Shown here: one piece after another, positions 22,116 to 31,496 of the stretch | Layout of the letters: the number at the start of each line of letters is the position of its first letter | Position numbering within the stretch: position 1 is the stretch's first letter | Source of the DNA: Escherichia phage UPWr_E2 | Sequence record: PP418986.1 | DNA length: 64,000 nucleotides | Strand: one strand, 5' to 3' | The notes under the pieces: generated by a model | The model's input: only the letters and a program-made list of their open reading frames with translations | What the model was told of the DNA's origin: nothing | The model's database searches: none | Made by a program: the position numbers and the translations under genes

Positions 22116-22310
22116 ATGTTAGGTTATCAAGCACGAGTAAAAGAAGAATACGATCAATTAATGCTCAAAATTAATGCACTGAGCAAATTTTTAGAAAGCG
22201 CAAAGTTTCTAACAGTTAGTGCAGTTGAGCAAGAACTGTTACTTTCGCAGTTTATCTCAATGAAATCTTATGCTGACTGTTTAGAGAAAAGAATTGAACA
22301 ATTCAAATAA
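22116..22310 (+). CDS. hypothetical protein
   Basis: 64-aa ORF with GAGGAAAAT SD. Confidence 0.4.
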   Translation: MLGYQARVKEEYDQLMLKINALSKFLESAKFLTVSAVEQELLLSQFISMKSYADCLEKRIEQFK

Positions 22311-22313
22311 AAT

Positions 22314-22336
22314 AAGGGCTTCGGCCCTTTTGTTTT
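22314..22336 (+). terminator. rho-independent terminator
   Basis: AGGGC TTCG GCCCT hairpin followed by TTTGTTTT. Confidence 0.75.
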
Positions 22337-22346
22337 AAGGTAAATT

Positions 22347-22676
22347 ATGATTTATTGTATGAATATCGGTGACACCGACATAAAAGAAATTTCTCTACAT
22401 GGTAATCATTACGCTAATATTGTGTACTGCAATAAATTCGAGTTTGGGCATGAAAAACTTGGAGTTCTTTACTGCAATGATGTTATAGTCATGGACAAAA
22501 AGAATCTCGATGAACTTGATCGTAATTCTTTAGATGAAAATGATCGAATTTACTATGGTACTCTTAAAGTGTATAACGCTTATCTTAGTAGTAAAAAGGA
22601 AAGTTTAAATGCAGAAAACGAATCCGGGGTTACAGAGACTATTTCAGATTCCGACATTTACCCTATCGAACAGTGA
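22347..22676 (+). CDS. hypothetical protein
   Basis: 109-aa ORF. Confidence 0.35.
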   Translation: MIYCMNIGDTDIKEISLHGNHYANIVYCNKFEFGHEKLGVLYCNDVIVMDKKNLDELDRNSLDENDRIYYGTLKVYNAYLSSKKESLNAENESGVTETISDSDIYPIEQ

Positions 22677-23166
22677 CTTGACTAGTGAAATGAAGGTCAA
22701 AATTGCTGATACAGCAAGATACTCTTTAAAACAAAATCCGAATCAGGATAAGGCAGAAGTTATCGAAAGATGCCGTATCGCTGTGTACGCAGAATTTTTT
22801 GTAGCAGATTGGCTAAGCGGGTATGTTAACAAAGGCCAAGAGGATGTTAATGACCCATATACATATGCATGGGATGTATTGGCGCATCCAAAATACTGTG
22901 GGCTTCGTGTAGAAGTCAAAACACATCAAACTGACTCACGATGGATTTCGGTAACAACCGGATGCAGCGGAGAGTATCCATACGGTTCTGGAATAAATCT
23001 AGGGCCCATTCTGAATCATCAAGTCGCTGACTGTATAATTATATTCAACACTAAAGAAATTCATCCAGGTGTCATCCAGTACACTCCGAAGTTCATTGGT
23101 GATAGAGAAGACCTTCGTAAGGTTGTAAGAAAAAGCAACTACAACGGATGGTATCTTTCCATTTAA
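22609..23166 (+). CDS. denB: hypothetical protein, possibly endonuclease IV (DenB)
   Basis: 185-aa ORF with AAGGA SD; size and position as T4 denB; no motif verified. Confidence 0.4.
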   Translation: MQKTNPGLQRLFQIPTFTLSNSDLTSEMKVKIADTARYSLKQNPNQDKAEVIERCRIAVYAEFFVADWLSGYVNKGQEDVNDPYTYAWDVLAHPKYCGLRVEVKTHQTDSRWISVTTGCSGEYPYGSGINLGPILNHQVADCIIIFNTKEIHPGVIQYTPKFIGDREDLRKVVRKSNYNGWYLSI

Positions 23167-23188
23167 AAAAAAATTTTTTCACAAAACG

Positions 23189-23220
23189 GTTTACATACCA
23201 CAAGGACCGTGGTACTATAC
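23189..23220 (+). promoter_or_regulatory. T4-type early promoter
   Basis: GTTTAC at 23189, GTGGTACTATAC -10 region. Confidence 0.65.
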
Positions 23221-23245
23221 AACTATCAACTACGGAGGAACAAAA

Positions 23246-23509
23246 ATGAAATTTAAATTCTTTTATGTTAAACATAAAATCACAGGTGAATTTGTTCATG
23301 TACAATATTCTGAAATTGACGATGCAACATCATTTATTTCATTGGGATTGTCTAAATATGAATCAGATCAACCATATCTTACCGATAAATTGCAGCAAGA
23401 GCGTTTGTTGAATGGTGATTTAAACAATTCTTGGGAAGTTCTTATTTACGATGATTTAAAGAAAGCTATTAAAGAAAATAATCTTGAAATCATTGAGATT
23501 GAGCTATGA
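23246..23509 (+). CDS. hypothetical protein
   Basis: 87-aa ORF with GGAGGAAC SD. Confidence 0.45.
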   Translation: MKFKFFYVKHKITGEFVHVQYSEIDDATSFISLGLSKYESDQPYLTDKLQQERLLNGDLNNSWEVLIYDDLKKAIKENNLEIIEIEL

Positions 23510-23693
23510 GTTCACTATGGTGGTGTTTTGTTTGGTTAATTAGTATTCCAGTAATTTGTTTAACATTTACTTTTGTGATGAGGTTATTATGAAAATTTTG
23601 AATTCTGTACTTATTGCTTGTGCGTGGTGGGTTGCGCAGGTTTCAGCGGTAGTAGTTGGTATTCACATTTATTACGAATATTTTTAAAAAGTT

Positions 23694-23725
23694 GTTTACA
23701 AGACTGTTCTTCCGTGGTACTATTA
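23694..23725 (+). promoter_or_regulatory. T4-type early promoter
   Basis: GTTTAC at 23694, GTGGTACTAT at 23714-23723. Confidence 0.65.
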
Positions 23726-23751
23726 CCCTATCAACTACGGAGGAACAGAAA

Positions 23752-23865
23752 ATGAAAAAGATTATTAAAGCTATATGGAATGTAGTTATAATACTAATAG
23801 TTTTGAGTATATTCCCAATCGTTTTAATGATTGATGTATTAAACGTTTACTTTGGATTTATGTGA
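23752..23865 (+). CDS. small hydrophobic membrane peptide (37 aa)
   Basis: ATG 23752 after GGAGGAAC SD; hydrophobic. Confidence 0.4.
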   Translation: MKKIIKAIWNVVIILIVLSIFPIVLMIDVLNVYFGFM

Positions 23866-23872
23866 GGAAAAT

Positions 23873-24070
23873 ATGAAGCGTAAACGCAGTGCTTTTACAT
23901 TTATTGAATGGTTTTTCGATAATATTTTTCCGGCTTTATTCATTTTCATGCTGATTTTTGCCTTAGGTTCAGTTGTAGTTGGAATCTATTTGATGACAGT
24001 AGTCGGAATTGATATTCATCAAAATGGTTTAAAATCCGTGGTTGAAACAATTTGGAATGGTGTAAAATGA
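23873..24070 (+). CDS. small membrane protein (65 aa)
   Basis: ATG 23873 after GAGGAAAAT SD; hydrophobic. Confidence 0.4.
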   Translation: MKRKRSAFTFIEWFFDNIFPALFIFMLIFALGSVVVGIYLMTVVGIDIHQNGLKSVVETIWNGVK

Positions 24071-24185
24071 TGAATTTGCTGAGCGGTTGGTTTTATATTC
24101 TTATGTTTTACATTGGTGCAAATTTTCCATATTGGATGGGATGGTCAACAACTGCGTTTGGATTTTATACTCCTTGAGGTGAATT

Positions 24186-24401
24186 ATGAAAAGTTTTAAA
24201 GATGTAAAAGTTGGTGAAATTTTTTGTTTAGATAACGGTGATCAGTTAATTCGTATTTCACCTCTTAAGAGCACTAGCGAAAAAATGACAGTTAATGCTA
24301 CTTTAGCAAATAACAGTAATGAACGTTTCTGTATTGAAAATGATACTGAAACTTATACCGTAGAAGAGTTTTGGGAATTGAGCGTCGACTGCGACGATTA
24401 A
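24186..24401 (+). CDS. hypothetical protein
   Basis: 71-aa ORF. Confidence 0.4.
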   Translation: MKSFKDVKVGEIFCLDNGDQLIRISPLKSTSEKMTVNATLANNSNERFCIENDTETYTVEEFWELSVDCDD

Positions 24402-24461
24402 TTTAATGGCCGCGTGTATTCATGCGGCCTTGGAGTAGAAAATAATTTAGAGGAAATTAAT

Positions 24462-24920
24462 ATGAAATACATGACTGTTACTGATCTGAATAATGCAGGC
24501 GCTACTGTTATTGGTACAATCAAGGGTGGTGAGTGGTTTTTGGGAACTCCGCATAAAGATATTTTATCTAAACCTGGATTTTATTTTTTAGTAAGTAAAT
24601 TAGATGGTCGTCCATTTAGTAATCCATGTGTGTCTGCACGATTTTATGTAGGTAATCAGCGTTCTAAGCAAGGATTCAGTGCAGTTCTAAGTCATATTCG
24701 TCAACGTCGGTCTCAGCTTGCACGTACTATTGCAAATAACAATATGGTATACACAGTATTTTATCTGCCTGCTTCTAAGATGAAACCTCTGACGACGGGA
24801 TTTGGAAAAGGACAGTTAGCTTTAGCGTTTACTCGTAATCATCATTCTGAGTATCAAACACTTGAAGAAATGAACCGTATGTTGGCTGATAATTTTAAAT
24901 TCGTTTTGCAGGCATATTAA
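24462..24920 (+). CDS. ndd: hypothetical protein, possibly Ndd (nucleoid disruption)
   Basis: 152 aa from MKYMTVTD; immediately upstream of stp and ac as in T4. Confidence 0.45.
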
Positions 24921-25000
24921 TGAGTAATTTCCACAACGAACACGTGATGCAGTTCTATCGTAATAATCTTAAAACTAAAGGCGTCTTCGGACGCCAGTGA
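24920..25000 (+). CDS. stp: Stp peptide (26 aa)
   Basis: Translation [26 protein letters not shown] matches recalled T4 Stp. Confidence 0.8.
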
Positions 25001-25007
25001 GGAAAAT

Positions 25008-25166
25008 ATGAATATCGCAAAATTATTAGGAGTTATTTCATTTATTTGTTGGATAGTAGCATGTGTTTTAACTATCTGTATTGATGCCAGCAGTGTGTTT
25101 TCGCAAGCTTTAGCTCAGGGTATGTGTGCATATTTAACATTTGTGTTGTTATCTACTAATGATTAA
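25008..25166 (+). CDS. ac: small membrane protein Ac-like (52 aa)
   Basis: Hydrophobic 52-aa ORF downstream of stp with GAGGAAAAT SD. Confidence 0.55.
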   Translation: MNIAKLLGVISFICWIVACVLTICIDASSVFSQALAQGMCAYLTFVLLSTND

Positions 25167-25299
25167 GAAAATCTTGGGCTATTCATTAGCCCTTGCTATT
25201 TTATTGATAGCATTATATTACGGAATAATGTTCGGATTAATTCAAGTCGTGCTTTTCATTTCTGATGTTATTATGGCACTACATTCACTAGTATGGTAA
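25159..25299 (+). CDS. small membrane peptide (46 aa)
   Basis: Hydrophobic ORF between ac and 52. Confidence 0.35.
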   Translation: MIKKILGYSLALAILLIALYYGIMFGLIQVVLFISDVIMALHSLVW

Positions 25300-25303
25300 A
25301 TTT

Positions 25304-26632
25304 ATGCAACTGAATAATCGTGATTTAAAAAGTATCATTGATAATGAAGCATTGGCTTATGCTATGTACACGGTTGAAAATCGTGCCATTCCAAATATGA
25401 TTGACGGATTTAAGCCAGTTCAACGATTTGTTATTGCTCGAGCTCTTGATTTGGCACGAGGAAATAAAGATAAGTTTCACAAACTCGCTTCTATCGCAGG
25501 CGGTGTAGCGGACCTTGGATATCATCATGGTGAAAACTCTGCGCAAGACGCAGGTGCTTTGATGGCTAACACTTGGAATAATAACTTTCCTCTGTTAGAC
25601 GGTCAAGGAAACTTTGGTTCTCGTACTGTCCAAAAGGCAGCAGCAAGTCGTTATATTTTTGCTCGTGTAAGTAAAAATTTCTATAACGTATATAAAGATA
25701 CTGAATATGCTCCAGTACATCAAGATAAAGAACACATTCCGCCTGCTTTCTATTTGCCTATTATTCCTACTGTTCTTCTTAATGGCGTTTCCGGTATTGC
25801 AACTGGTTATGCAACTTACATTCTTCCTCATAGTGTTTCTTCTGTCAAGAAAGCTGTACTACAAGCTCTTCAAGGAAAGAAAGTAACTAAACCGAAGGTA
25901 GAATTCCCAGAATTTCGTGGTGAAGTCGTTGAAATTGACGGTCAATATGAAATTCGTGGAACGTACAAGTTTACTTCACGAACTCAAATGAATATCACTG
26001 AGATTCCGTATAAGTATGATCGTGAAACTTACGTGAGTAAAATCTTAGACCCGCTTGAAGATAAAGGCTTCATTACATGGGATGATGCTTGTGGTGAGCA
26101 TGGTTTTGGCTTTAAAATTAAATTCCGCAAAGAATACTCTTTGAGCGATAACGAAGAAGAACGCCATGCAAAAATCATGAAAGACTTTGGATTGATTGAG
26201 CGTCGTTCTCAGAATATTACCGTTATTAATGAGAAAGGAAAGCTGCAAGTTTACGATAACGTAGTTGATTTAATCAAAGACTTCGTTGAAGTTCGTAAAA
26301 CTTATGTCCAAAAACGAATTGATAATAAAATCAAAGAAACTGAATCAGCATTTCGTTTAGCCTTTGCCAAGGCACATTTCATTAAGAAAGTAATTTCAGG
26401 TGAAATTGTTGTACAAGGTAAAACTCGCAAAGAACTGACCGAAGAACTTTCTAAAATTGATATGTATTCTTCTTATGTTGATAAACTAGTTGGAATGAAC
26501 ATTTTTCATATGACTTCCGACGAAGCAAAGAAACTTGCTGAAGAAGCTAAAGCCAAAAAAGAAGAAAACGAATATTGGAAAACTACTGATGTAGTTACAG
26601 AATACACCAAAGATTTAGAGGAAATCAAATGA
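25304..26632 (+). CDS. 52: DNA topoisomerase II medium subunit gp52
   Basis: 442 aa; GyrA-like N-terminus; matches T4 gp52. Confidence 0.95.
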   Translation: MQLNNRDLKSIIDNEALAYAMYTVENRAIPNMIDGFKPVQRFVIARALDLARGNKDKFHKLASIAGGVADLGYHHGENSAQDAGALMANTWNNNFPLLDGQGNFGSRTVQKAAASRYIFARVSKNFYNVYKDTEYAPVHQDKEHIPPAFYLPIIPTVLLNGVSGIATGYATYILPHSVSSVKKAVLQALQGKKVTKPKVEFPEFRGEVVEIDGQYEIRGTYKFTSRTQMNITEIPYKYDRETYVSKILDPLEDKGFITWDDACGEHGFGFKIKFRKEYSLSDNEEERHAKIMKDFGLIERRSQNITVINEKGKLQVYDNVVDLIKDFVEVRKTYVQKRIDNKIKETESAFRLAFAKAHFIKKVISGEIVVQGKTRKELTEELSKIDMYSSYVDKLVGMNIFHMTSDEAKKLAEEAKAKKEENEYWKTTDVVTEYTKDLEEIK

Positions 26633-26778
26633 GTCCATTCATTGGTATCACAAGCGCTGCATTAGTATCTGGTGGCATTTTACTGGCGGGTTTAGGTGTT
26701 GTTCCTGCCGTAGCAGGAGGTCTTCTTGCGTTCGGAATTCAACGTGTTATCATGACAGTTATCACAGTCATGCAGTAA
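26629..26778 (+). CDS. small membrane peptide (49 aa)
   Basis: Gly/Ala-rich hydrophobic ORF overlapping gene 52 stop. Confidence 0.35.
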   Translation: MSPFIGITSAALVSGGILLAGLGVVPAVAGGLLAFGIQRVIMTVITVMQ

Positions 26779-26783
26779 TTTTA

Positions 26784-26810
26784 GGGAGAGCCGAGGCTCT
26801 CCCTTTTTTA
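26784..26810 (+). terminator. rho-independent terminator
   Basis: GGGAGAGCC GA GGCTCTCCC hairpin followed by T-run. Confidence 0.8.
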
Positions 26811-26834
26811 TTTCAAAAATTTTTTCACAAAACG

Positions 26835-26866
26835 GTTTACAACCAAAGCATACTGTGGTACTATAC
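26835..26866 (+). promoter_or_regulatory. T4-type early promoter
   Basis: GTTTAC at 26835, GTGGTACTATAC -10 region. Confidence 0.65.
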
Positions 26867-26913
26867 AACTATCAAATAAATGAACTGAAACAAACAACCC
26901 GGAGATACAAAAA

Positions 26914-27141
26914 ATGAAATTTAAAATCGAAAACGAAATCGTTAAAGCTAAAAATGCTCTGACTGCTAACAAACTGGTTGTAGATGGTATTGAATATGAT
27001 ATCTGTGGAGTTCGTGAAGAAAAACCTGGTGTTCTGACTTTCTTCACAATGATTTTTAAATTTAAAGGTGACACAGAATTCAAACAGTTTGATTTTGCCC
27101 ATGAAGACGAAATCGAAGTTCGTAATCTGAACATTAAGTAA
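26914..27141 (+). CDS. hypothetical protein
   Basis: 75-aa ORF with GGAG SD. Confidence 0.45.
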   Translation: MKFKIENEIVKAKNALTANKLVVDGIEYDICGVREEKPGVLTFFTMIFKFKGDTEFKQFDFAHEDEIEVRNLNIK

Positions 27142-27180
27142 GTACTTTATTAGAGCTCTTGAAAAAGAGTGCAAAAAAGT

Positions 27181-27211
27181 GTTTACTTCTGCTTTAAACA
27201 TGATACTATAG
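27181..27211 (+). promoter_or_regulatory. T4-type early promoter
   Basis: GTTTAC at 27181, TACTAT at 27204. Confidence 0.6.
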
Positions 27212-27246
27212 ACCTATCAAATAAATGAACTGAAACGGAGATTAAA

Positions 27247-27882
27247 ATGTCTAAAGTAACTTACATCATCAAAGCTTCTAACGATGTTCTGAATGAAAAA
27301 ACTGCTGCGATTTTAATTACCATTGCTAAGAAAGATTTCATTACAGCTGCAGAAGTTCGTGAGGTGCATCCAGATTTAGGTAACGCAGTAGTTAATAGTA
27401 ATATTGGGGTATTGATTAAAAAAGGCCTGGTGGAGAAATCTGGTGATGGATTAATCATTACAGGTGAAGCTCAAGATATTATTTCAAACGCAGCAACTTT
27501 ATACGCGCAGGAAAATGCTCCGGAACTACTGAAAAAACGAGCAACTCGTAAAGCTCGTGAGATTACTTCTGATATGGAAGAAGATAAAGACCTCATGTTA
27601 AAACTTTTAGATGAAAATGGATTTGTTCTTAAAAAGGTTGAAACTTATCGTAGTAATTATCTTGCCATTTTAGAAAAACGCACTCACGGAATTCGTAATT
27701 TTGAAATTAACAATAATGGAAATATGCGAATTTTTGGATACAAAATGATGGAACATCATATTCAGAAATTTACTGATATCGGAATGTCATGTAAAATCGC
27801 TAAAAACGGTAATGTGTATCTTGACATTAAACGCTCGGCAGAAAACATTGAAGCTGTAATCACTGTAGCATCTGAACTGTGA
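27247..27882 (+). CDS. motA: middle transcription activator MotA
   Basis: 211 aa beginning MSKVTYIIKASNDVLNEKTAAILITIAKKDFITAAEVREVHPDL; matches T4 MotA. Confidence 0.9.
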   Translation: MSKVTYIIKASNDVLNEKTAAILITIAKKDFITAAEVREVHPDLGNAVVNSNIGVLIKKGLVEKSGDGLIITGEAQDIISNAATLYAQENAPELLKKRATRKAREITSDMEEDKDLMLKLLDENGFVLKKVETYRSNYLAILEKRTHGIRNFEINNNGNMRIFGYKMMEHHIQKFTDIGMSCKIAKNGNVYLDIKRSAENIEAVITVASEL

Positions 27883-27892
27883 GGAATAAATA

Positions 27893-28222
27893 ATGAACAA
27901 GTTAGAAATTGTCAATGAACTTCGTCGTTGTGTAGAACCTACTCAAGAGGGTTGGGACATCTGGTACCATGGAGCTTATCTTGGAACTATCGTAAAGATT
28001 AAGACTGGTAAATACATGATTATTCGTGAAAGTAAAGATGCTCCAGTAGGTATTCGCAATAATTTTATGGCAGCGATAAGTTCATTTACGGATGCAGCTT
28101 ACGAAATTTACCTTGCTGATTATAAAGAATTTCAGGAATCTCAACCAGTTATTCGTTCAATTGGTGTTAACAAAGCTCAACAGAAAACTTTATGGCAACG
28201 TATTAAAGGATGGTTTAAATGA
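27893..28222 (+). CDS. hypothetical protein
   Basis: 109-aa ORF with GAGGAA SD. Confidence 0.45.
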   Translation: MNKLEIVNELRRCVEPTQEGWDIWYHGAYLGTIVKIKTGKYMIIRESKDAPVGIRNNFMAAISSFTDAAYEIYLADYKEFQESQPVIRSIGVNKAQQKTLWQRIKGWFK

Positions 28223-28680
28223 ACCCATTTATTAATCGTTTAAAAATGCTGAATGTTCCTTTATGTCGTGAAACTCCAGAAAGTCTTGTTGAAAAATTTA
28301 AAGCGCATGGTTATAAATGCACAGAAGAAGATATTCTAAAAGAAGTTCCTGAAATCTGTTGGCAGACCGCATACTGGGATGAAAACCAAAAGTATCAACG
28401 ACGAATTGTTTGTGCCGCCAACCGTTTTAAATTAAAAGATGGACGAACTCTTGTTATTCCAGGTGCTCGTCATTATTCTAAAGATATGGCAGAAGTTTTA
28501 GATGTAGTTAAACCCCAATTAGTTACTCAGCAAGTTTGTGATGATGACCAAGGGTTTATTGATCAGTATAGCAATTACTGGACACGTGAAGAAGCAATGA
28601 TTATTGCAACTTACGCTGGACAAGTACGTATTGAACGTGGTGGTAGTGAAAAAGAACTTTACTCTGAGGACCTTTACTAA
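28219..28680 (+). CDS. hypothetical protein
   Basis: 153-aa ORF, translationally coupled. Confidence 0.45.
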   Translation: MNPFINRLKMLNVPLCRETPESLVEKFKAHGYKCTEEDILKEVPEICWQTAYWDENQKYQRRIVCAANRFKLKDGRTLVIPGARHYSKDMAEVLDVVKPQLVTQQVCDDDQGFIDQYSNYWTREEAMIIATYAGQVRIERGGSEKELYSEDLY

Positions 28681-28976
28681 TGAATATTAAAAAGTTTCAA
28701 ATTGATGGAATTATGAATCAAATCCAGGCGCTGGAATATGCCAATAAAATGATGTCAACTAATTGGGGAATTTATACCAATGAACCGGGATTTAAATTCT
28801 GTGATATGGAATTAACTAAAAAGCTCGTAGGAAAAGATTATGTATGTCCATTTAGTTCTCCAGTAAATGGAATGTTAAAACCTGCTTTACGCGATCTTTA
28901 TATTGCGATGAACGAAGAAATGATAAAAGAATTAAAACGTCAACTGAAGGTGATTCAATTTGGCCAGGGAAATTAA
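28680..28976 (+). CDS. hypothetical protein
   Basis: 98-aa ORF. Confidence 0.4.
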   Translation: MNIKKFQIDGIMNQIQALEYANKMMSTNWGIYTNEPGFKFCDMELTKKLVGKDYVCPFSSPVNGMLKPALRDLYIAMNEEMIKELKRQLKVIQFGQGN

Positions 28977-29178
28977 TTCAAAATCTGACTATTTTAATTC
29001 TCTCAATGATAAAGATAAAAATCTAATACGGCATTTTATTGTTGAGATGGGATATATTGATACACGTGATTTAAGAGAACATATATTTGAATGTGGTGTA
29101 GCTAAAAAGTTTTCATTCACATGCAAATGTTTGAGAGAGGTAATTCAGCACTATGAACAATTTAGTCGCAAAACATAA
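28960..29178 (+). CDS. hypothetical protein
   Basis: 72-aa ORF with non-ATG start in track; start uncertain. Confidence 0.3.
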   Translation: MAREINSKSDYFNSLNDKDKNLIRHFIVEMGYIDTRDLREHIFECGVAKKFSFTCKCLREVIQHYEQFSRKT

Positions 29179-29261
29179 TTTTAATAAAGCTTCTGTTCAT
29201 AAGGATAAGAAGAAAGCGTTTAAAGAATCTAATCGCAAACAGAAACATAAGGGGAAGGTCT

Positions 29262-29540
29262 ATGATTATTGATTCTCAATCTGTGGTTCAATACACAATC
29301 AAAATTGATATTCTAGAAAAGCTATATAAGTTTCTACCAAATTTATACCACTCAATTGTTAATGAATTAATTGAAGAACTACATCTTGAGAATAATGATT
29401 TCTTGATTGGAACTTATAAAGACCTCTCAAAAGCAGGATATTTTTACGTAATTCCAGCTCCAGGAAAAAGTATTGATGATGTATTAGAAACTATAATGAT
29501 TTATGTCCATGATTACGAAATTGAAGATTATTTCGAATGA
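29262..29540 (+). CDS. arn: anti-restriction nuclease Arn
   Basis: 92 aa beginning MIIDSQSVVQYT; size and position as T4 arn. Confidence 0.75.
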   Translation: MIIDSQSVVQYTIKIDILEKLYKFLPNLYHSIVNELIEELHLENNDFLIGTYKDLSKAGYFYVIPAPGKSIDDVLETIMIYVHDYEIEDYFE

Positions 29541-29701
29541 GTCATAATCTTGAAATGGTAATCGAGCATAATGTAGCTCAGGAACGCGAGTCGTTCAAGG
29601 AATTCGTAGAAAAAATTTTTGAAGAAAATAACACAGACCAGTTTACAAATCAAGCGTCTGATGATATTATAATAAAGTCAACTAATTGAGTGGTATAGTT
29701 A

Positions 29702-29974
29702 ATGAATAAAAACATTGATACAGTTCGTGAAATTATTACTGTTGCATCTATTTTGATTAAATTTTCCAGAGAAGATATTGTTGAGAATCGTGCTAATTTT
29801 ATTGCATTTCTTAATGAGATTGGAGTAACGCATGAAGGTAGAAAGTTAAATCAGAATTCATTTCGTAAAATTGTTTCTGAATTAACTCAAGAAGATAAGA
29901 AAACCCTCATCGACGAATTCAACGAGGGTTTTGAGGGTGTATATCGATATCTAGAAATGTATACGAACAAATAA
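29702..29974 (+). CDS. asiA: anti-sigma70 factor AsiA
   Basis: 90 aa beginning MNKNIDTVREIITVASILIKFSREDIVENRANFIAFLNEIGVTHEGRKL; matches T4 AsiA. Confidence 0.9.
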   Translation: MNKNIDTVREIITVASILIKFSREDIVENRANFIAFLNEIGVTHEGRKLNQNSFRKIVSELTQEDKKTLIDEFNEGFEGVYRYLEMYTNK

Positions 29975-30631
29975 TTATTTAGCCCTTCCTAATATTCTGG
30001 CCGCCTGAGCACATATTGATTCAAGGCGGTCATTACTTATATGATCATTTCTATACCAGTACATGGTTATCGTTCCAGCATAGATATTATCCAAATTAAA
30101 ATATGGACAACTGTACATGTAGTTTATTTCGGGAGTAGGCTTTTTAGTTGGTAAAAAAGCAAATTTTGAGTCGGAATAATAATGACGTCCATTTAAATGA
30201 ACTGTATATTCATCCATAGTTTTATCAACAGGATATCCTCCAAGTGATTTTTCACTTATTGTTGAAGGTAATTTTCCTTCATATGCTATAATATCAACAA
30301 AATAGTTTAAGTTTTTAGGGCGGAAAGAATACACCGCACTAAAGTCTGCCTCAGATGATATATGAACTATCTGGAGTTGTTCCAGGGCGACAGATTCAAA
30401 GCGTGCATTTCTTTCCTTTTCAATAATTTCACTGTATGTTTCATACTTTGATTGCTTATAGTACTCAAAGAAACTATCTCCCCTATACCAAACAATCGCC
30501 ATCATAAATAAAAGAATTACGACAGCTACCCGGGAAGCAAGAACTTTCCCGGTAGCGTTATCTTTGAACAAGCGATCTAGAACACCAAATAGAATATCAG
30601 AGGGCGAAAATGATATTCTAGGTGCTGCCAT
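29975..30631 (-). CDS. t: holin T
   Basis: 218 aa with single TM segment after a short N-terminus; matches T4 holin in size and position. Confidence 0.9.
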   Translation of the reverse strand: MAAPRISFSPSDILFGVLDRLFKDNATGKVLASRVAVVILLFMMAIVWYRGDSFFEYYKQSKYETYSEIIEKERNARFESVALEQLQIVHISSEADFSAVYSFRPKNLNYFVDIIAYEGKLPSTISEKSLGGYPVDKTMDEYTVHLNGRHYYSDSKFAFLPTKKPTPEINYMYSCPYFNLDNIYAGTITMYWYRNDHISNDRLESICAQAARILGRAK

Positions 30632-30649
30632 AGACCCTCCTTTTAGGGG

Positions 30650-30657
30650 TATTTATT
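30650..30657 (-). promoter_or_regulatory. possible late promoter (AATAAATA variant) for t
   Basis: Minus-strand AATAAATA about 20 nt upstream of t start, AAGGAGGG SD. Confidence 0.3.
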
Positions 30658-30662
30658 CAAAA

Positions 30663-31460
30663 TTATACTCTTGGACCATATATTACTCCAACATTTTGCC
30701 AAGTTGGAGCAGATCCTATGACAGCATAACCTGCTGCTCCTCCTGCACCAACCTTTAGAACTTTACCACCATCAGACCAGGCATTTTGTCCATTTCCTCC
30801 GGCATCGCCGCCCTGGCCAGAGTGAGCATTTCCGTATTGGTAACCACCTCCTGGGGCGACGTATGAAGCTGCGCCACCTGAGTAACCACCGCCACCACCT
30901 GGGCCAAATGGTCTTCCGCCGCCACCACCAATATCTTGCCAGTCTGCCCCTGAGTGAACACGGTAAGCAATGCCGCCACCACCGCCTCCGCCACCACAGA
31001 TTACTCCACCATTGTTAATTCTTAATCGTCCACCAATGTCGTTTTGAATACAATGCCCGCCTTGTTGTCCATTACCATCTCCACCGGAATGAGTCCATCC
31101 ACCTTGTCCACCTCTACCCCACATATGAGCGCCAATAATATTTAACTGAACATATTCATTTGGTGTATCTCCGTACATGAAGAATAAAGGAACATCTTTA
31201 GAATATGATACTAAATCACCTGTAATATTAAACACTATAGGTGCATTACCTGCCTCAAAACATCTATCTCGGAACCATTGACCATTGAAGTTATGGTCTG
31301 CTCCAAGCGTGTGAATAATTTCTCGTGAGCGACCTGCAAATTGACTCATCCAGCAAGGAACACCCAATCTTAATTGACCAGCCGCTTGACTCATCCAGCG
31401 CTGTCCTGTTTCATTTGCGGCTGAACTTCCAATCCAACCAGGAACACCAACTACTGCCAT
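30663..31460 (-). CDS. 38: tail-fibre adhesin gp38 (T2-type, glycine-rich motifs)
   Basis: 265 aa with repeated poly-Gly islands (GGGGGGGG, GGGGG) separating variable segments; immediately downstream of gene 37. Confidence 0.85.
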   Translation of the reverse strand: MAVVGVPGWIGSSAANETGQRWMSQAAGQLRLGVPCWMSQFAGRSREIIHTLGADHNFNGQWFRDRCFEAGNAPIVFNITGDLVSYSKDVPLFFMYGDTPNEYVQLNIIGAHMWGRGGQGGWTHSGGDGNGQQGGHCIQNDIGGRLRINNGGVICGGGGGGGGIAYRVHSGADWQDIGGGGGRPFGPGGGGGYSGGAASYVAPGGGYQYGNAHSGQGGDAGGNGQNAWSDGGKVLKVGAGGAAGYAVIGSAPTWQNVGVIYGPRV

Positions 31461-31472
31461 AATTTATACTCC

Positions 31473-31492
31473 AAAGGGGGCATTTCCCCCTT
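31473..31492 (-). promoter_or_regulatory. intercistronic stem-loop between 37 and 38
   Basis: GGGGGAAATGCCCCC hairpin between gene 37 stop and gene 38 SD. Confidence 0.4.
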
Positions 31493-31496
31493 GTTG

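Noticed and set aside
30564-30997. ORFs 30564-30758 (+) and 30755-30997 (-) overlapping holin t and gp38
   Set aside because: Antisense or alternative-frame artefacts of the glycine-codon-rich gp38 region; the gp38 and t frames are far better supported.
30890-31010. Short GGTGGCGG-type nucleotide repeats as a possible CRISPR array or VNTR
   Set aside because: These are glycine-codon runs in gp38, irregular in unit and spacing; no repeat-spacer architecture exists anywhere in the window.
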